Notes under the pieces: generated by a model
The model's database searches: none
What the model was told of the DNA's origin: nothing
What the model saw: only the letters and a program-made list of their open reading frames with translations
In this document: positions 9,875 through 20,694 of the stretch, in pieces
Numbering within the stretch: the first letter of the stretch is position 1
Layout of the letters: each line of letters begins with the position of its first letter
Program-made: the position numbers and the translations under genes
Assembly: GCF_050299635.1 (NCBI RefSeq)
Contig: NZ_JBNKWF010000001.1
Span: forward strand, 9,485-73,484
DNA: 64,000 nt
Direction of reading: 5' to 3'
From: Altererythrobacter sp.
GTDB taxonomy: Bacteria; Pseudomonadota; Alphaproteobacteria; Sphingomonadales; Sphingomonadaceae

Positions 9875-10606
9875 TCAAAAATGTCCCGCCATGTCTGCCA
9901 GGGCAGCCGGGTCGCACAGGCGAACCCGCGACCTCCCGCCGGTCAGGACCAGACCGGCATCACGCAATTCGCCGAACTGCCGGCTTACGGTTTCAATCGT
10001 AAGCCCCAGGCTGTCCGCAATATCGCGGCGAGACATTGGCAAGTCCAATACCAACGCTTCTTCCTCCACAGACTCCATCCGTTCCGCCATGGATAGCAGA
10101 AAACTTGCGACCCTTTCGCGGGCATTCTTGCGCCCCAAGCCAACGGCCTTGTCTCTGCAACGATGAAGCGCGGTCTGTGCACGATCGAGCAGTGGCCGAA
10201 GGATTGCAGGTTCAGATGCCCCTCGATCATAGAACTCTCGCGATGGAAACACGATCAGTAAACTGTCCTTTAGGGCAACCAGGCTGCTCGCGTGCATGGC
10301 ATCGGCAGGCACGGAGATGATGTCGCCCCCGAAATGAAATGCGACGATCTGTTCGCGTCCACCCTTGGCATGCGCCACGAGCTTGGTGGCTCCGCTGGCG
10401 AGATAGACCGTCAGGTTGATCGAGTGATCCAGCGGAGCAGTCTTCCCCTTCTTCAGGGCAATTTCATTCGACAAATCGCGCAGCTCACGCCCAACATGGC
10501 TGCCTGGCTCGACACCAAAGGTCGATCTCAAGAATATATCGAGGGTGCCAGACGCTGCCATCAACGGATTCCATACGGGGCGGAGAATGGAACCGTGCTT
10601 CGCCAC
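9875..10606 (-). CDS. Crp/Fnr-family transcriptional regulator, FixK type (no N-terminal Cys cluster)
   Basis: cNMP-binding-like fold plus a C-terminal HTH (RRDIADSLGLTIETVSRQFGEL). It lacks the Fe-S Cys motif of FNR. FNR boxes flank it. Confidence 0.85.
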   Translation of the reverse strand: MAKHGSILRPVWNPLMAASGTLDIFLRSTFGVEPGSHVGRELRDLSNEIALKKGKTAPLDHSINLTVYLASGATKLVAHAKGGREQIVAFHFGGDIISVPADAMHASSLVALKDSLLIVFPSREFYDRGASEPAILRPLLDRAQTALHRCRDKAVGLGRKNARERVASFLLSMAERMESVEEEALVLDLPMSRRDIADSLGLTIETVSRQFGELRDAGLVLTGGRSRVRLCDPAALADMAGHF

Positions 10607-10623
10607 AAAGGCCCATAAAGTCT

Positions 10624-10637
10624 TTGATTGAGATCAA
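10624..10637. promoter_or_regulatory. Perfect FNR/FixK box TTGAT-TGAG-ATCAA between the fixK-like gene and ompW
   Basis: Exact TTGAT-N4-ATCAA. It lies about 24 nt upstream of the regulator ATG (10606) and about 98 nt upstream of the ompW ATG (10729). Confidence 0.75.
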
Positions 10638-10728
10638 TGAAGCATTGTCGCGCGAATCATACATGCGCCTCGACGTCGCACACAACTCGACTGCAAGGGG
10701 TGGTCGGTGCGGCGCAGGGAAACGAAAG

Positions 10729-11397
10729 ATGAAAGCGTATTTACTGGCCGGCTGCGTCGCACTTGCTTCCATTGCAGCACCCGCTTCCGCTCAGGATCGA
10801 GCTGGTTCGGTACAGGTCAAGCTCCTTGGCACCGGCGTCTTGCCCGATGGCAAGATCAAGTCGGTCAACGTCGATATCGTGGGTCTTCCCGCCGATACGC
10901 AGACCAAGGCGAACGACAATTTCGTTCCGACAGTCGCGATCGAGTATTTCGTTACCGACAATTTCTCGCTCGAAACGATCTGCTGCATGACCCAGCACGA
11001 TGTCGATGGAACGACGGGCCTTCCGGGGGCGGAACTTGTCTCCAACGCCAAACTAATCCCTGCGACCCTGACCGCGAAGTATCACTTCGACCTGGGCGCG
11101 GTGAAGCCCTATGTCGGCGCAGGACCAACCTACTTCCTGTGGATCAAGGACAAGCCGGGTGCAGCAACCATCCCGCTTGGAGTGACCAAGTTCGATCTTT
11201 CGGACGAGTTCGGCCTCGCGCTTCAGGCCGGTGTCGACATTCCTCTGAATGATAGCGGTTTCGGGCTTTCGCTCGATGCCAAGCGCTATTTCATCGACAC
11301 CAAAGCGCGCTGGTATGCGGGTGACGTGCTGGCGATTGAAACCAAGCACAAACTCGATCCCTGGGTCATCAGCGCAGGAGTTACCTACTCGTTCTGA
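10729..11397 (+). CDS. ompW: OmpW-family outer membrane protein
   Basis: Signal peptide MKAYLLAGCVALASIAAPASAQD, alternating beta-strand pattern and a C-terminal GVTYSF. The ORF track starts at 10624; MKAY at 10729 is the plausible start. Confidence 0.85.
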   Translation: MKAYLLAGCVALASIAAPASAQDRAGSVQVKLLGTGVLPDGKIKSVNVDIVGLPADTQTKANDNFVPTVAIEYFVTDNFSLETICCMTQHDVDGTTGLPGAELVSNAKLIPATLTAKYHFDLGAVKPYVGAGPTYFLWIKDKPGAATIPLGVTKFDLSDEFGLALQAGVDIPLNDSGFGLSLDAKRYFIDTKARWYAGDVLAIETKHKLDPWVISAGVTYSF

Positions 11398-11411
11398 GCC
11401 CATTCGGGTGA

Positions 11412-11497
11412 GAGCGGGCAAAACCCGCTCCGTCGCAAAAAGAACGATAAATGGAAATCCGCCGCGGGAAGCTCTGTGCTTCTCGCGGCGATTTCAT
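11412..11497 (+). terminator. Two tandem hairpins after ompW
   Basis: The first is GAGCGGG-caaaa-CCCGCTC (11412-11430). The second is CGCCGCGGGAAGC-tctgt-GCTTCTCGCGGCG (11460-11490, one mismatch), followed by ATTTCATTT. Confidence 0.45.
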
Positions 11498-11623
11498 TTG
11501 GCGCGGGAAACAGCCTTCAGGCCGAAACGCGAATGTGGCCTTATCGCCCGAAGGTCTAATTGGCGAGCCGATCACAAGGGAGCAGTTTGCCTCCAACGAA
11601 TCTTGTCGTGAGGAGAAGGTAAA

Positions 11624-13144
<1,521 letters not shown>

Positions 13145-13227
13145 TGCCGGTCTGCCTTACGGCAAGATCCCCATTCCCGTCCGGCTCCTCTCACCTCTCT
13201 CCACGCCGGACGGGATCGAATGGGAAA

Positions 13228-13257
13228 GGCAGGTTGGCTTCGGCCAGCCTGCCTTTT
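13228..13257 (+). terminator. Hairpin plus T-run between the aldehyde dehydrogenase and DUF779 genes
   Basis: GGCAGGTTGGC-ttcg-GCCAGCCTGCC followed by TTTT. Confidence 0.4.
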
Positions 13258-13277
13258 ACCCTATGTGAGAGAGAGAC

Positions 13278-13685
13278 GTGACCGCATCCCCTCCCCGAAT
13301 TCTTGCTACCCCCGAAGCAGAGCAATGGATCGCGCGGCTGACAGAAATGCACGGCCCGCTGATGTTCCATCAATCGGGCGGCTGCTGCGATGGCAGCGCC
13401 CCGATGTGCTTTGCGAGAGGGGAGTTCCGCGTAGGCGCGCAGGACGTGCTGCTCGGAATTCTAACCCAGGATACACCAGTCTGGATCGGCGCCGCGCAGT
13501 TCGAATACTGGCGGCACACGCAAGTCACGATCGACGTTGTGCCCGGACGTGGCTCCGGGATGAGCCTGGAAGCGCCTGAAGGTATTCGATTTATTGTCAG
13601 AAGCCGCGTCTTCACCGATCACGAGGCCGAACTGCTCGAAGCGGCAGGCGATCCGCCCCGTGGCGATAGCGTGGAGGCAGGCTGA
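13278..13685 (+). CDS. DUF779-family protein (commonly paired with aldehyde dehydrogenases)
   Basis: 135 aa with the HQSGGCCDGS motif. Conserved position downstream of an ALDH. Confidence 0.75.
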   Translation: MTASPPRILATPEAEQWIARLTEMHGPLMFHQSGGCCDGSAPMCFARGEFRVGAQDVLLGILTQDTPVWIGAAQFEYWRHTQVTIDVVPGRGSGMSLEAPEGIRFIVRSRVFTDHEAELLEAAGDPPRGDSVEAG

Positions 13686-13787
13686 CGGCACCAAATCGCT
13701 TGATTGCACGGACCGGCAGCGTAAGCTCGCCCGTTCGGGGATCGGGCCAAACTAGCGGACTGGATAAATCCGGCCGGGGAGAGGAGA

Positions 13788-14945
13788 TTGCACCAACCGC
13801 GTCAAAGCCAAGCCGGTGAATTGGTGTCTGCATCGTCGCATGCAGCAACACCGGGCGACGCAGTGGCTGAGATTGCGGAGCAGACCCGCGGCCTCGATAT
13901 TGCAGGTGGCGTTTTGTTTTGCGGCGACCGCTATGGCCGAGAGGAGCTTGCCGAAGCAATCCGGGAGCAACTTTCGGACTTTCCCCTGATTGGCTGCACC
14001 AGCGCAGGCGAATTGACATCTCGAGGTTATGACACAGAAAGCCTTCAGTTTATCGGGTTCCCCGCATCGAGCTTCACGATGTCCGTCTTGCCGGTGGCGG
14101 ATCTCGACGGCTTCGACCGCGATGAGGCGCGGCGGCAGATCAGGCATCTCGCCGCCAATGCCCGCGAAGAAGCGAGCCTGTTGTTGGGCGACAATCTCAA
14201 GCAGGTTGCGTTGTTCCTGGTCGACGGCCTGTCTCACCGCGAAGAGGTGCTGACGATGACCGCGCAAGACGCGCTGGGTGACATTGCACTGATCGGCGGA
14301 TCGAGCGGCGACGGCTTGACCTTCCTGGAAACCGGCGTGCTGTTCGATGGCGATTTTCACCAGGATGCAGCGGTTATCGCAATCCTGACCAGCACGCGGG
14401 CGCTGCATGTATTCTCGGCCAATCATTACCAGCCCGGACCGGCCAAGATGGTGGTGACTGAAGCGGATCCGGAAAAGCGCATCGTCTATGAAATCAACGC
14501 TGCGCCCGCTGCAGAGGAATACCGGCGGCTTTCGGGTAATCCTGTCGAACCCCTGGATACGGCCTTCTTTGCAGCACACCCACCGATGGTGCGGACGGGT
14601 GGGACCTACCACGTCCGCTCGATTCAAAGTGCGAACGAAGACGGCAGCCTGACCTTCTATTGCGCGGTCGACAACGGGATCGTGCTGACTATCGGAGAGC
14701 CGGTCGATCGTATCGTCCGGATGCAAGAGCTATTTAGCGAGATTGAGCGGCACGTCGGCGAAACGGACCTCATTCTCGGTTTCGACTGCGTTCTCAACCG
14801 GGTGGATGCGGATAGCCGCCAGCTGAGCCGCGAAATTTCGCAGCTTTATTCGGAGAACCGCATCGTCGGCTTCAACACTTATGGCGAGCAATTCCGCGCC
14901 GCCCATGTCAATCAGACGCTCAGCGGTCTGGCAATCGGCCGCTGA
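13788..14945 (+). CDS. FIST-domain signal-sensing protein
   Basis: N-terminal FIST-like pattern (LFCGDRY ... LIGCTSAGE) and a C-terminal FIST_C-like half. Its stop overlaps the start of the downstream kinase (TGATG). The TTG start is uncertain. Confidence 0.7.
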   Translation: MHQPRQSQAGELVSASSHAATPGDAVAEIAEQTRGLDIAGGVLFCGDRYGREELAEAIREQLSDFPLIGCTSAGELTSRGYDTESLQFIGFPASSFTMSVLPVADLDGFDRDEARRQIRHLAANAREEASLLLGDNLKQVALFLVDGLSHREEVLTMTAQDALGDIALIGGSSGDGLTFLETGVLFDGDFHQDAAVIAILTSTRALHVFSANHYQPGPAKMVVTEADPEKRIVYEINAAPAAEEYRRLSGNPVEPLDTAFFAAHPPMVRTGGTYHVRSIQSANEDGSLTFYCAVDNGIVLTIGEPVDRIVRMQELFSEIERHVGETDLILGFDCVLNRVDADSRQLSREISQLYSENRIVGFNTYGEQFRAAHVNQTLSGLAIGR

Positions 14946-17167
14946 TGGCCTCCACGACATCCTCTGGCGATGAACGCGAACGCGAGGCGGAAATCGAAGC
15001 GCTTAAGGAGCAGGTTCGCCGGCTCGAAAAGATCAACGCAGCCCTGGTCGACCGGGTCGAGCGTTCGACCGACATTCAGGGCGGTGCCTTTTCGATGTTC
15101 GAGAACGCGATCACGCTGGAAGCGATGGTCCGCGACCGGACAGCCGAATTGGAAGACGCGCTCGGCCAGCTCGCCAGCGCCAATGCCAAGCTCGAAGTTG
15201 CGCACCGCGATGCCGACGCCGCCCGGTCGCGGCTGCGCGACGCAATTGAATCGCTCAGCGATGGATTTGCGCTGTTTGACGCCAATGACCGCCTGTTGAT
15301 GTGCAATCGGGCATTTCTCAAGTTCTGGCCCGAGCTTGAAGATCTGTCGGAAAACAGCCCGGCCTTCGAAGATCTGGCTCAGCAACTTGCGCGCAGCGGG
15401 CGGACAATCGGCTCGCTGGTCTCTCCCGATCGCTGGATCAAGGATCGCATCGCCAGGCACAGCAAGGCCGACGGCGCGCATGTGCAGGCGCTCAGCGACG
15501 GGCGCTGGCTCCAGATCAACGAACTCCGCACCAGCGAAGGCGGTACCGTTGGCATCTACACCGACATCACCAGCGTCAAGGCAGAGGATGCGCGCGAACG
15601 GGCAAAGGAACTGGCGGTCCGAAACCTGGCCCTGCAGGCCACGCTCGATACGCTTTCCGAGGGCGCCTGCCTGTTTGGCAGCAACCGAAAGCTGCAAGCA
15701 TGGAACGATGGCTTTGCCGAGATGCTGATGCTGAAGGCAGGCGTGGAAAGCGTAATTGGCAGTCATGAAGACCTTGCCCGATATTGCGTGGAGGAGCGCG
15801 GCCTGGACCGGCCTCAGGCGGTCGAATGGCGCGATGGGCGTGGCCCCAGGATCAGCACCGAATGCACCATGGATGGCCGCCATTTCGTGGTCCGGTCAAC
15901 CACCCTGGCGACCGGCGGCATGGCCTTTGCCTTTGACGATGTGACAGACCGGCTGCGCTATCAGCAATCGCTCAAGGAAACGGCCGAGACACTTGAGAAA
16001 GCGGTCCAGCAACGAACCGCCGAGCTCAGTGAACTCAACAGCGAGCTGGAAGCCGCCAAGGACGAGGCCGAACAGGCAAATCGCTCCAAGACTAGTTTTA
16101 TTGCAGCGGCCAGCCACGATCTTCTGCAGCCGCTCAACGCGGCCCGGCTGTTCGTGTCCGCACTGGGCGAGCGAAGACTTGCGCCGGATTCTCGCGGGCT
16201 GGTTACGCGGGCATCGGTGGCTCTCGATTCAGTGGAGGAACTGCTCGAGGCGCTGTTCGAGATTTCCCGGCTCGATGCAGGGGCAAAGGAGCCGGAATTC
16301 GTTGCACTCGAACTCGACCGGATCTTTACGGCTCTGCGAATCGAATTCGGTCCTTCTGCCAAGTCCGCCGGGCTCGATTTCAACGTGGAAGAGTGCGGGC
16401 TGTGGGTCCGCAGCGACATGCACATGCTCCGCCGCATCCTGCAGAACCTGGTTTCCAACGCGATCCGCTATACCGAAAGGGGCAGCGTGTCCCTGTCCGC
16501 CAGGCGCGACGACGACCAGGTTCGCATCCTCGTCCGCGATACGGGTGTGGGAATCGCACCGGAAAAGCGCGAAGATATCTTCCACGAGTTCCGCCGCCTC
16601 AAGATCACCAGCCGCCAGCCGGGCCACGGGCTCGGCCTTGCAATCGTGCGACGAAGTTGCGTTGCACTCGGGCACGTCATCGAGATCGAGTCCGAAGTTG
16701 GCGAAGGGTCCGAGTTTGCGCTGATCCTTCCAGCCGAAGAGCCGGTCGAAGTCGTCGAAGCGGCGAAGCCAACTCGCGCGTCACGGCCTGCACGCGGCGG
16801 TGGGACGGCGATCATCATCGACAATGACAAGGCCATCCTGGAGGGCATGAGCGCACTGCTTTCCAATTGGGGGTTGCAGGTTTTTGCGGTCTCCGGGCTC
16901 AGCGATCAGGCTCTGGAAGGCGCGATCGCTGCAGGTCCGGATGTCCTGATCGCAGACTTCCATCTCGATGACGATCTGACCGGTGACAAGGCGATCGCAT
17001 CATTGCGGGACGCAATCGGAGAGCAGGTCCCCGCCCTCGTCATCACCGCCGATCGCACAGAGGAGGTCAAGGCGAGCCTTACCAAGCAGCAGCTTCCGAT
17101 GCTCACCAAACCGGTGAAGCCTGCGCAGCTGCGCGCCTTGCTGCGCCGACTGGGCGTCCTGCAATAG
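14945..17167 (+). CDS. Hybrid sensor histidine kinase / response regulator with PAS-like domains
   Basis: H-box SHDLLQPLNA, N-box LVSNAIRYT, G-boxes DTGVGI and GHGLGLAI. C-terminal receiver domain (IIIDND ... IADFHLDD ... LTKPV). Confidence 0.9.
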   Translation: MASTTSSGDEREREAEIEALKEQVRRLEKINAALVDRVERSTDIQGGAFSMFENAITLEAMVRDRTAELEDALGQLASANAKLEVAHRDADAARSRLRDAIESLSDGFALFDANDRLLMCNRAFLKFWPELEDLSENSPAFEDLAQQLARSGRTIGSLVSPDRWIKDRIARHSKADGAHVQALSDGRWLQINELRTSEGGTVGIYTDITSVKAEDARERAKELAVRNLALQATLDTLSEGACLFGSNRKLQAWNDGFAEMLMLKAGVESVIGSHEDLARYCVEERGLDRPQAVEWRDGRGPRISTECTMDGRHFVVRSTTLATGGMAFAFDDVTDRLRYQQSLKETAETLEKAVQQRTAELSELNSELEAAKDEAEQANRSKTSFIAAASHDLLQPLNAARLFVSALGERRLAPDSRGLVTRASVALDSVEELLEALFEISRLDAGAKEPEFVALELDRIFTALRIEFGPSAKSAGLDFNVEECGLWVRSDMHMLRRILQNLVSNAIRYTERGSVSLSARRDDDQVRILVRDTGVGIAPEKREDIFHEFRRLKITSRQPGHGLGLAIVRRSCVALGHVIEIESEVGEGSEFALILPAEEPVEVVEAAKPTRASRPARGGGTAIIIDNDKAILEGMSALLSNWGLQVFAVSGLSDQALEGAIAAGPDVLIADFHLDDDLTGDKAIASLRDAIGEQVPALVITADRTEEVKASLTKQQLPMLTKPVKPAQLRALLRRLGVLQ

Positions 17168-17199
17168 GTTTGAGGTGCCGTCTGACGGGCCTTACCAAC

Positions 17200-17850
17200 C
17201 TAGTTGGTAAAGCCGATCCGGTTGGCCAGGATCACCGCCTGCGTACGGCTGAAGACGTTGAGTTTCTGCAGAATCGCCGAGACATGGGCCTTGACCGTGG
17301 TCATCGACACATCGAGTTCAAATGCAATCTGCTTGTTGAGCCTGCCTGCCACCAGATGCCCCAGCACCACCCGCTGTTGCGGCGTGAGCGTGTCGATCTT
17401 CGACTGGATCGACCGTTCCTCTTCAGAGATCGGCTCGTCCTCCAGCGTTTCGGGAACGTAGATCTCGCCTTCCAGCACCTGATGCAGCGCATCCACGATC
17501 GCTTCGCGCTTGAGCGATTTCGGAACAAAGCCCGCCGCGCCGGCCGCAAGCGCATCGCGCACCGTCACCCGGTCATAGGTACCTGAAACCATGACCACAG
17601 GGATACTGGGGAAATCGTCCCTCAATTGCTGAAGACCGGAAAGCCGGGAAGTATCGGGGATATTGAGGTCGAGCAGAACAAGATCGACTTCGTCCAGTTC
17701 GCCAAGCTGATTGAGCGCCTCTTCGAAGTCCGCCGCTTCATAAAAATCGCATTTGGGGAAGCTGACTTGCAGCACGGAGCGCAGCCCGTCACGAACGAGC
17801 GCGTGATCGTCCACGATCAAAAGCCGCTCGGGAAGATAGGCGTCGGGCAT
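17200..17850 (-). CDS. LuxR/FixJ-family response regulator (ExaE/PedR-like)
   Basis: Receiver domain (LLIVDDH ... LLDLNIPD ... PKS) plus a LuxR HTH (LTPQQRVVLGHLVAGRLNKQIAFELDVSMTTVKAHVSAILQKL). The start is placed at MPDAYL (17850); the ORF track extends to 18141, overlapping the ADH. Confidence 0.9.
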   Translation of the reverse strand: MPDAYLPERLLIVDDHALVRDGLRSVLQVSFPKCDFYEAADFEEALNQLGELDEVDLVLLDLNIPDTSRLSGLQQLRDDFPSIPVVMVSGTYDRVTVRDALAAGAAGFVPKSLKREAIVDALHQVLEGEIYVPETLEDEPISEEERSIQSKIDTLTPQQRVVLGHLVAGRLNKQIAFELDVSMTTVKAHVSAILQKLNVFSRTQAVILANRIGFTN

Positions 17851-17932
17851 GGTTTCGCTCTCGTTTGATCCGAATATGGCAAATTCGCGGGGACGAACGC
17901 AAGTCTCAATCCGTCCCCGCGACATTACCATA

Positions 17933-19675
17933 TTACTGCTTGAGCTTGAACACCCAGAGCGCACCGCCCTGGCTGATGTCTTTGAATGTCTTGGCAACTT
18001 CGCCACCCCAGAGCGGAACTGCACCGCCCCAGCCAGACATGACGGCGACATATTGTTCGCCATCCTGGGTCCAGGTGACTGGAGATCCAACAACGCCCGA
18101 ACCGGTGTTGAACTTCCACAGCTCCTCGCCGGTCTTTGCATCGAACGCCTTGAGGTAGCCTTCAGGCGTACCGGTAAAGACGAGGTTGCCGCCGGTGGTC
18201 AGAACACCGCCCCATAGTGGAGCCTTGTTCTTGTACTCCCACACGATCTTGCCGGTCTTGGGGTCCATCGCGCGCAATGCACCGATGTGATCTTCCGCAA
18301 TCGGCCTGATTGTGAAGCCTGCACCCAGATAGGCCGCGCCCTTCTTGTAGGCGATGGGTTCGTTCCAGATGTCCATGCCCCAGTCATTCGAAGGGACGTA
18401 GAACAGGCCCGTATCCTGAGAATAGGCCATCGGCATCCAGTTCTTCCCGCCGAGGAAGGAAGGCGATGAGAACACGACGGTGCCCTTCTCGGTGCCCTGC
18501 GGCGGTCCGGGACGGTTGGCATCGACATAGTTCGGCCGGCCCGTCTTCAGGTTGATTCCGTCCGCCCATGTGGTCTGCATCACAAACTTGTGTGCACCCA
18601 TCAGCTTGCCGTTCGTGCGATCGAGTACGTAGAAATAGCCGTTGCGATCGGCCTTCGCGCCGAGCTTCATCGACTTCCCATTCAGCTTGGCATCGAAGGG
18701 AATGAACTCGTTCACGCCATCGAAGTCCCAGCCATCATGCGGGGTCGTCTGGTAATGCCACTTGATCTTGCCGGTGTCGGCATCGATCGCCAGCGTCGAG
18801 CTGGTGTAGAGGTTGTCGCCCGGGCGCAGGTGGCTGTTCCAGGGCGCCGGGTTGCCCGTGCCGAAATAGACCAGGTTCGTGCCCGGATCGTAGGTTCCGC
18901 CAAGCCAGGTCGCGCCGCCGCCGGTCTTCCACAGATCGCCCGGCCAGGTGGCATTGGTCTTGCCGGTAATGCCGTTGTCCTGGCCATTGAGGGTACCCAT
19001 GTGCCCTTCGATAACCGGGCGCCGCCAGACCAGCTCACCAGTGTCGACATTGCGCGCTTCCACTGCACCAACTGCACCGAATTCACCGCCTGAATTGCCG
19101 GTGATCACCATGTCCTTCACGATGATCGGCGCGGCCGTTGCGGAATAGCCTTCCTTGTAGTCCGCGATCTTCTTGTTCCAGATGACCTTGCCGGTTTCGC
19201 GGTTCAGCGCGACCAGGCGAGCATCGAGAGTAGCAAAGATGATCTTGTCGCCATGGATGGCGGCACCGCGGTTGACGACGTCACAGCAGGGCATGATGCC
19301 ATCGGGCAAGCGGGCGTTGTACTCCCACTTCTTTTCGCCGGTGCGCGAATCGAATGCGAACAGTCGTGAATAGGAACCGGTCACATAGATTGTACCGTCA
19401 TAGACGATCGGTTGCGCTTCCTGCCCGCGCTGCTTTTCGCCACCGAGCGAAGCGGCAAAGACCGGCACCAGATCGCCGACATTGCCGCTGTTGACCTGGT
19501 TGAGCTTGCTGAAACGCTGCTGCCACGGGCCCATGCCATAGGTCAGTACGTCATCCGGCGTGTTCGCGTCATTGACCAGATCGGCGCTTGTCGGCCCTTC
19601 GGCCTGCGCCGATGTAGCCAGTGCAGTGCCGGCCAGTGCCGTCGCTGCAATCAAAGTCTTGTAGAAACCCTTCAT
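17933..19675 (-). CDS. PQQ-dependent alcohol (ethanol/methanol-family) dehydrogenase, lanthanide-type signature
   Basis: Signal peptide, vicinal Cys pair ([11 protein letters not shown]) and W-rich propeller repeats. Catalytic region is [11 protein letters not shown], with Asp two residues after the catalytic Asp. Confidence 0.9.
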   Translation of the reverse strand: MKGFYKTLIAATALAGTALATSAQAEGPTSADLVNDANTPDDVLTYGMGPWQQRFSKLNQVNSGNVGDLVPVFAASLGGEKQRGQEAQPIVYDGTIYVTGSYSRLFAFDSRTGEKKWEYNARLPDGIMPCCDVVNRGAAIHGDKIIFATLDARLVALNRETGKVIWNKKIADYKEGYSATAAPIIVKDMVITGNSGGEFGAVGAVEARNVDTGELVWRRPVIEGHMGTLNGQDNGITGKTNATWPGDLWKTGGGATWLGGTYDPGTNLVYFGTGNPAPWNSHLRPGDNLYTSSTLAIDADTGKIKWHYQTTPHDGWDFDGVNEFIPFDAKLNGKSMKLGAKADRNGYFYVLDRTNGKLMGAHKFVMQTTWADGINLKTGRPNYVDANRPGPPQGTEKGTVVFSSPSFLGGKNWMPMAYSQDTGLFYVPSNDWGMDIWNEPIAYKKGAAYLGAGFTIRPIAEDHIGALRAMDPKTGKIVWEYKNKAPLWGGVLTTGGNLVFTGTPEGYLKAFDAKTGEELWKFNTGSGVVGSPVTWTQDGEQYVAVMSGWGGAVPLWGGEVAKTFKDISQGGALWVFKLKQ

Positions 19676-19696
19676 CCTTCCCTCCTGTATATTTTC

Positions 19697-19721
19697 GGTA
19701 CGAACCGAAGGTGTTCGGACC
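19697..19721. promoter_or_regulatory. Imperfect inverted repeat GGTACGAAC-N7-GTTCGGACC just upstream of the ADH RBS
   Basis: 8 of 9 positions are complementary. It lies 22-46 nt upstream of the ADH ATG at 19675. It could be a 5' UTR hairpin or an operator. Confidence 0.25.
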
Positions 19722-19825
19722 GATGGATGGCAATTATCGAAATGGAGCCTATCCTTTGCCGGTCGCCGGACAATTGAACCTTAGGCTTATGCGAAGCGCC
19801 CGAAACCTGTCCGGCCCCTTCCCAA

Positions 19826-20692
19826 TCAGCTATGCGGGGTCGCTGCCAGCGCCGGCTCCCAGGCCACGCCATGCGCCGCGAAGATCTCCGCCATTCGGCC
19901 GCTCTCGGTCATTTCGAGGATGACGTCTTCGATCGCGAAGCCGAGCGAGCGGCTGTTTTCCTTCACAGCCATGCCAATGTCCCAGCCATTGGACGGGATC
20001 ATTGGTAGCGGACTCTTGCGTAGCTGGCCCTTGGCCTCAGGATGATCCTTGATGACAGCTTCGATCTGCGCGCGGGTGGCCACGGCCATATCTGCGCCGC
20101 CAGTCTGAACCGCCAAGGCTGCTTCATAGCCGGTCGAGAAGTGTTCGACATCATTGCTCAGAATTCCGCCGAAGCCGCCCACAAGGTAGAAATCCGGGAT
20201 CGAGTCGAGCTCGGCAGCGACACGTTTGCCCTGGAAGAGCTGCGGAGGCGCGTCGCAATTCTTCGTCTGTGCACTGCAGATCGCCGTGAAATCTTCGCGA
20301 TAATAGGGCGCGACGAAAACGACCTTGTCCTCCTGCTTGGCGAACTCGAGATCGAAAGGAACGTGCAGCATCACGTCGCAACGCTGGAAGCCCAGCAATC
20401 CGCCGCGCCAAACGACATTGCGCAGATCGTCAGACACTTCTTCGTCTGCAGAGAACAGGGCAACGTCCGCCCTCACGCCCAGCGCCTCTGCAATCGCGCG
20501 CGCCAGATCGGCATCGATACCGGCAGGCTTGCCGCCTGATTCCCACGACCAGGGGCGATTGTTCGCATAGACACCGACCCGGAGAAAGCCGGTCTCGCGG
20601 ACTTTAGCCAGCGGCGCCGCGATCAAGGGGCTGGAGATTGCAGCTGCGCCGGTTGCACCGGCCAGCCCTGCGAGAAATCCTCTCCGGTTCAC
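19826..20692 (-). CDS. Quinoprotein dehydrogenase-associated periplasmic substrate-binding protein (MoxJ/XoxJ-like)
   Basis: Tat-like signal RRGFLAGLAG and a type-2 periplasmic binding fold. It lies between cytochrome c550 and the PQQ-ADH. GTG start. Confidence 0.75.
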   Translation of the reverse strand: MNRRGFLAGLAGATGAAAISSPLIAAPLAKVRETGFLRVGVYANNRPWSWESGGKPAGIDADLARAIAEALGVRADVALFSADEEVSDDLRNVVWRGGLLGFQRCDVMLHVPFDLEFAKQEDKVVFVAPYYREDFTAICSAQTKNCDAPPQLFQGKRVAAELDSIPDFYLVGGFGGILSNDVEHFSTGYEAALAVQTGGADMAVATRAQIEAVIKDHPEAKGQLRKSPLPMIPSNGWDIGMAVKENSRSLGFAIEDVILEMTESGRMAEIFAAHGVAWEPALAATPHS

Positions 20693-20694
20693 CC

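Noticed and set aside
17192-17210. TTACCAAC-CTA-GTTGGTAA hairpin between the convergent kinase and response-regulator genes as a terminator.
   Set aside because: The stem is AT-rich with a 3-nt loop, and it overlaps the last codons of the response regulator. It is too weak to call with confidence.
19804-19825. AACCTGT half-site in the ADH upstream region as a seventh member of the palindrome family.
   Set aside because: Only the left arm matches. The right arm (TTCCCAA) and the spacer GG positions do not, and a single 7-mer is expected by chance.
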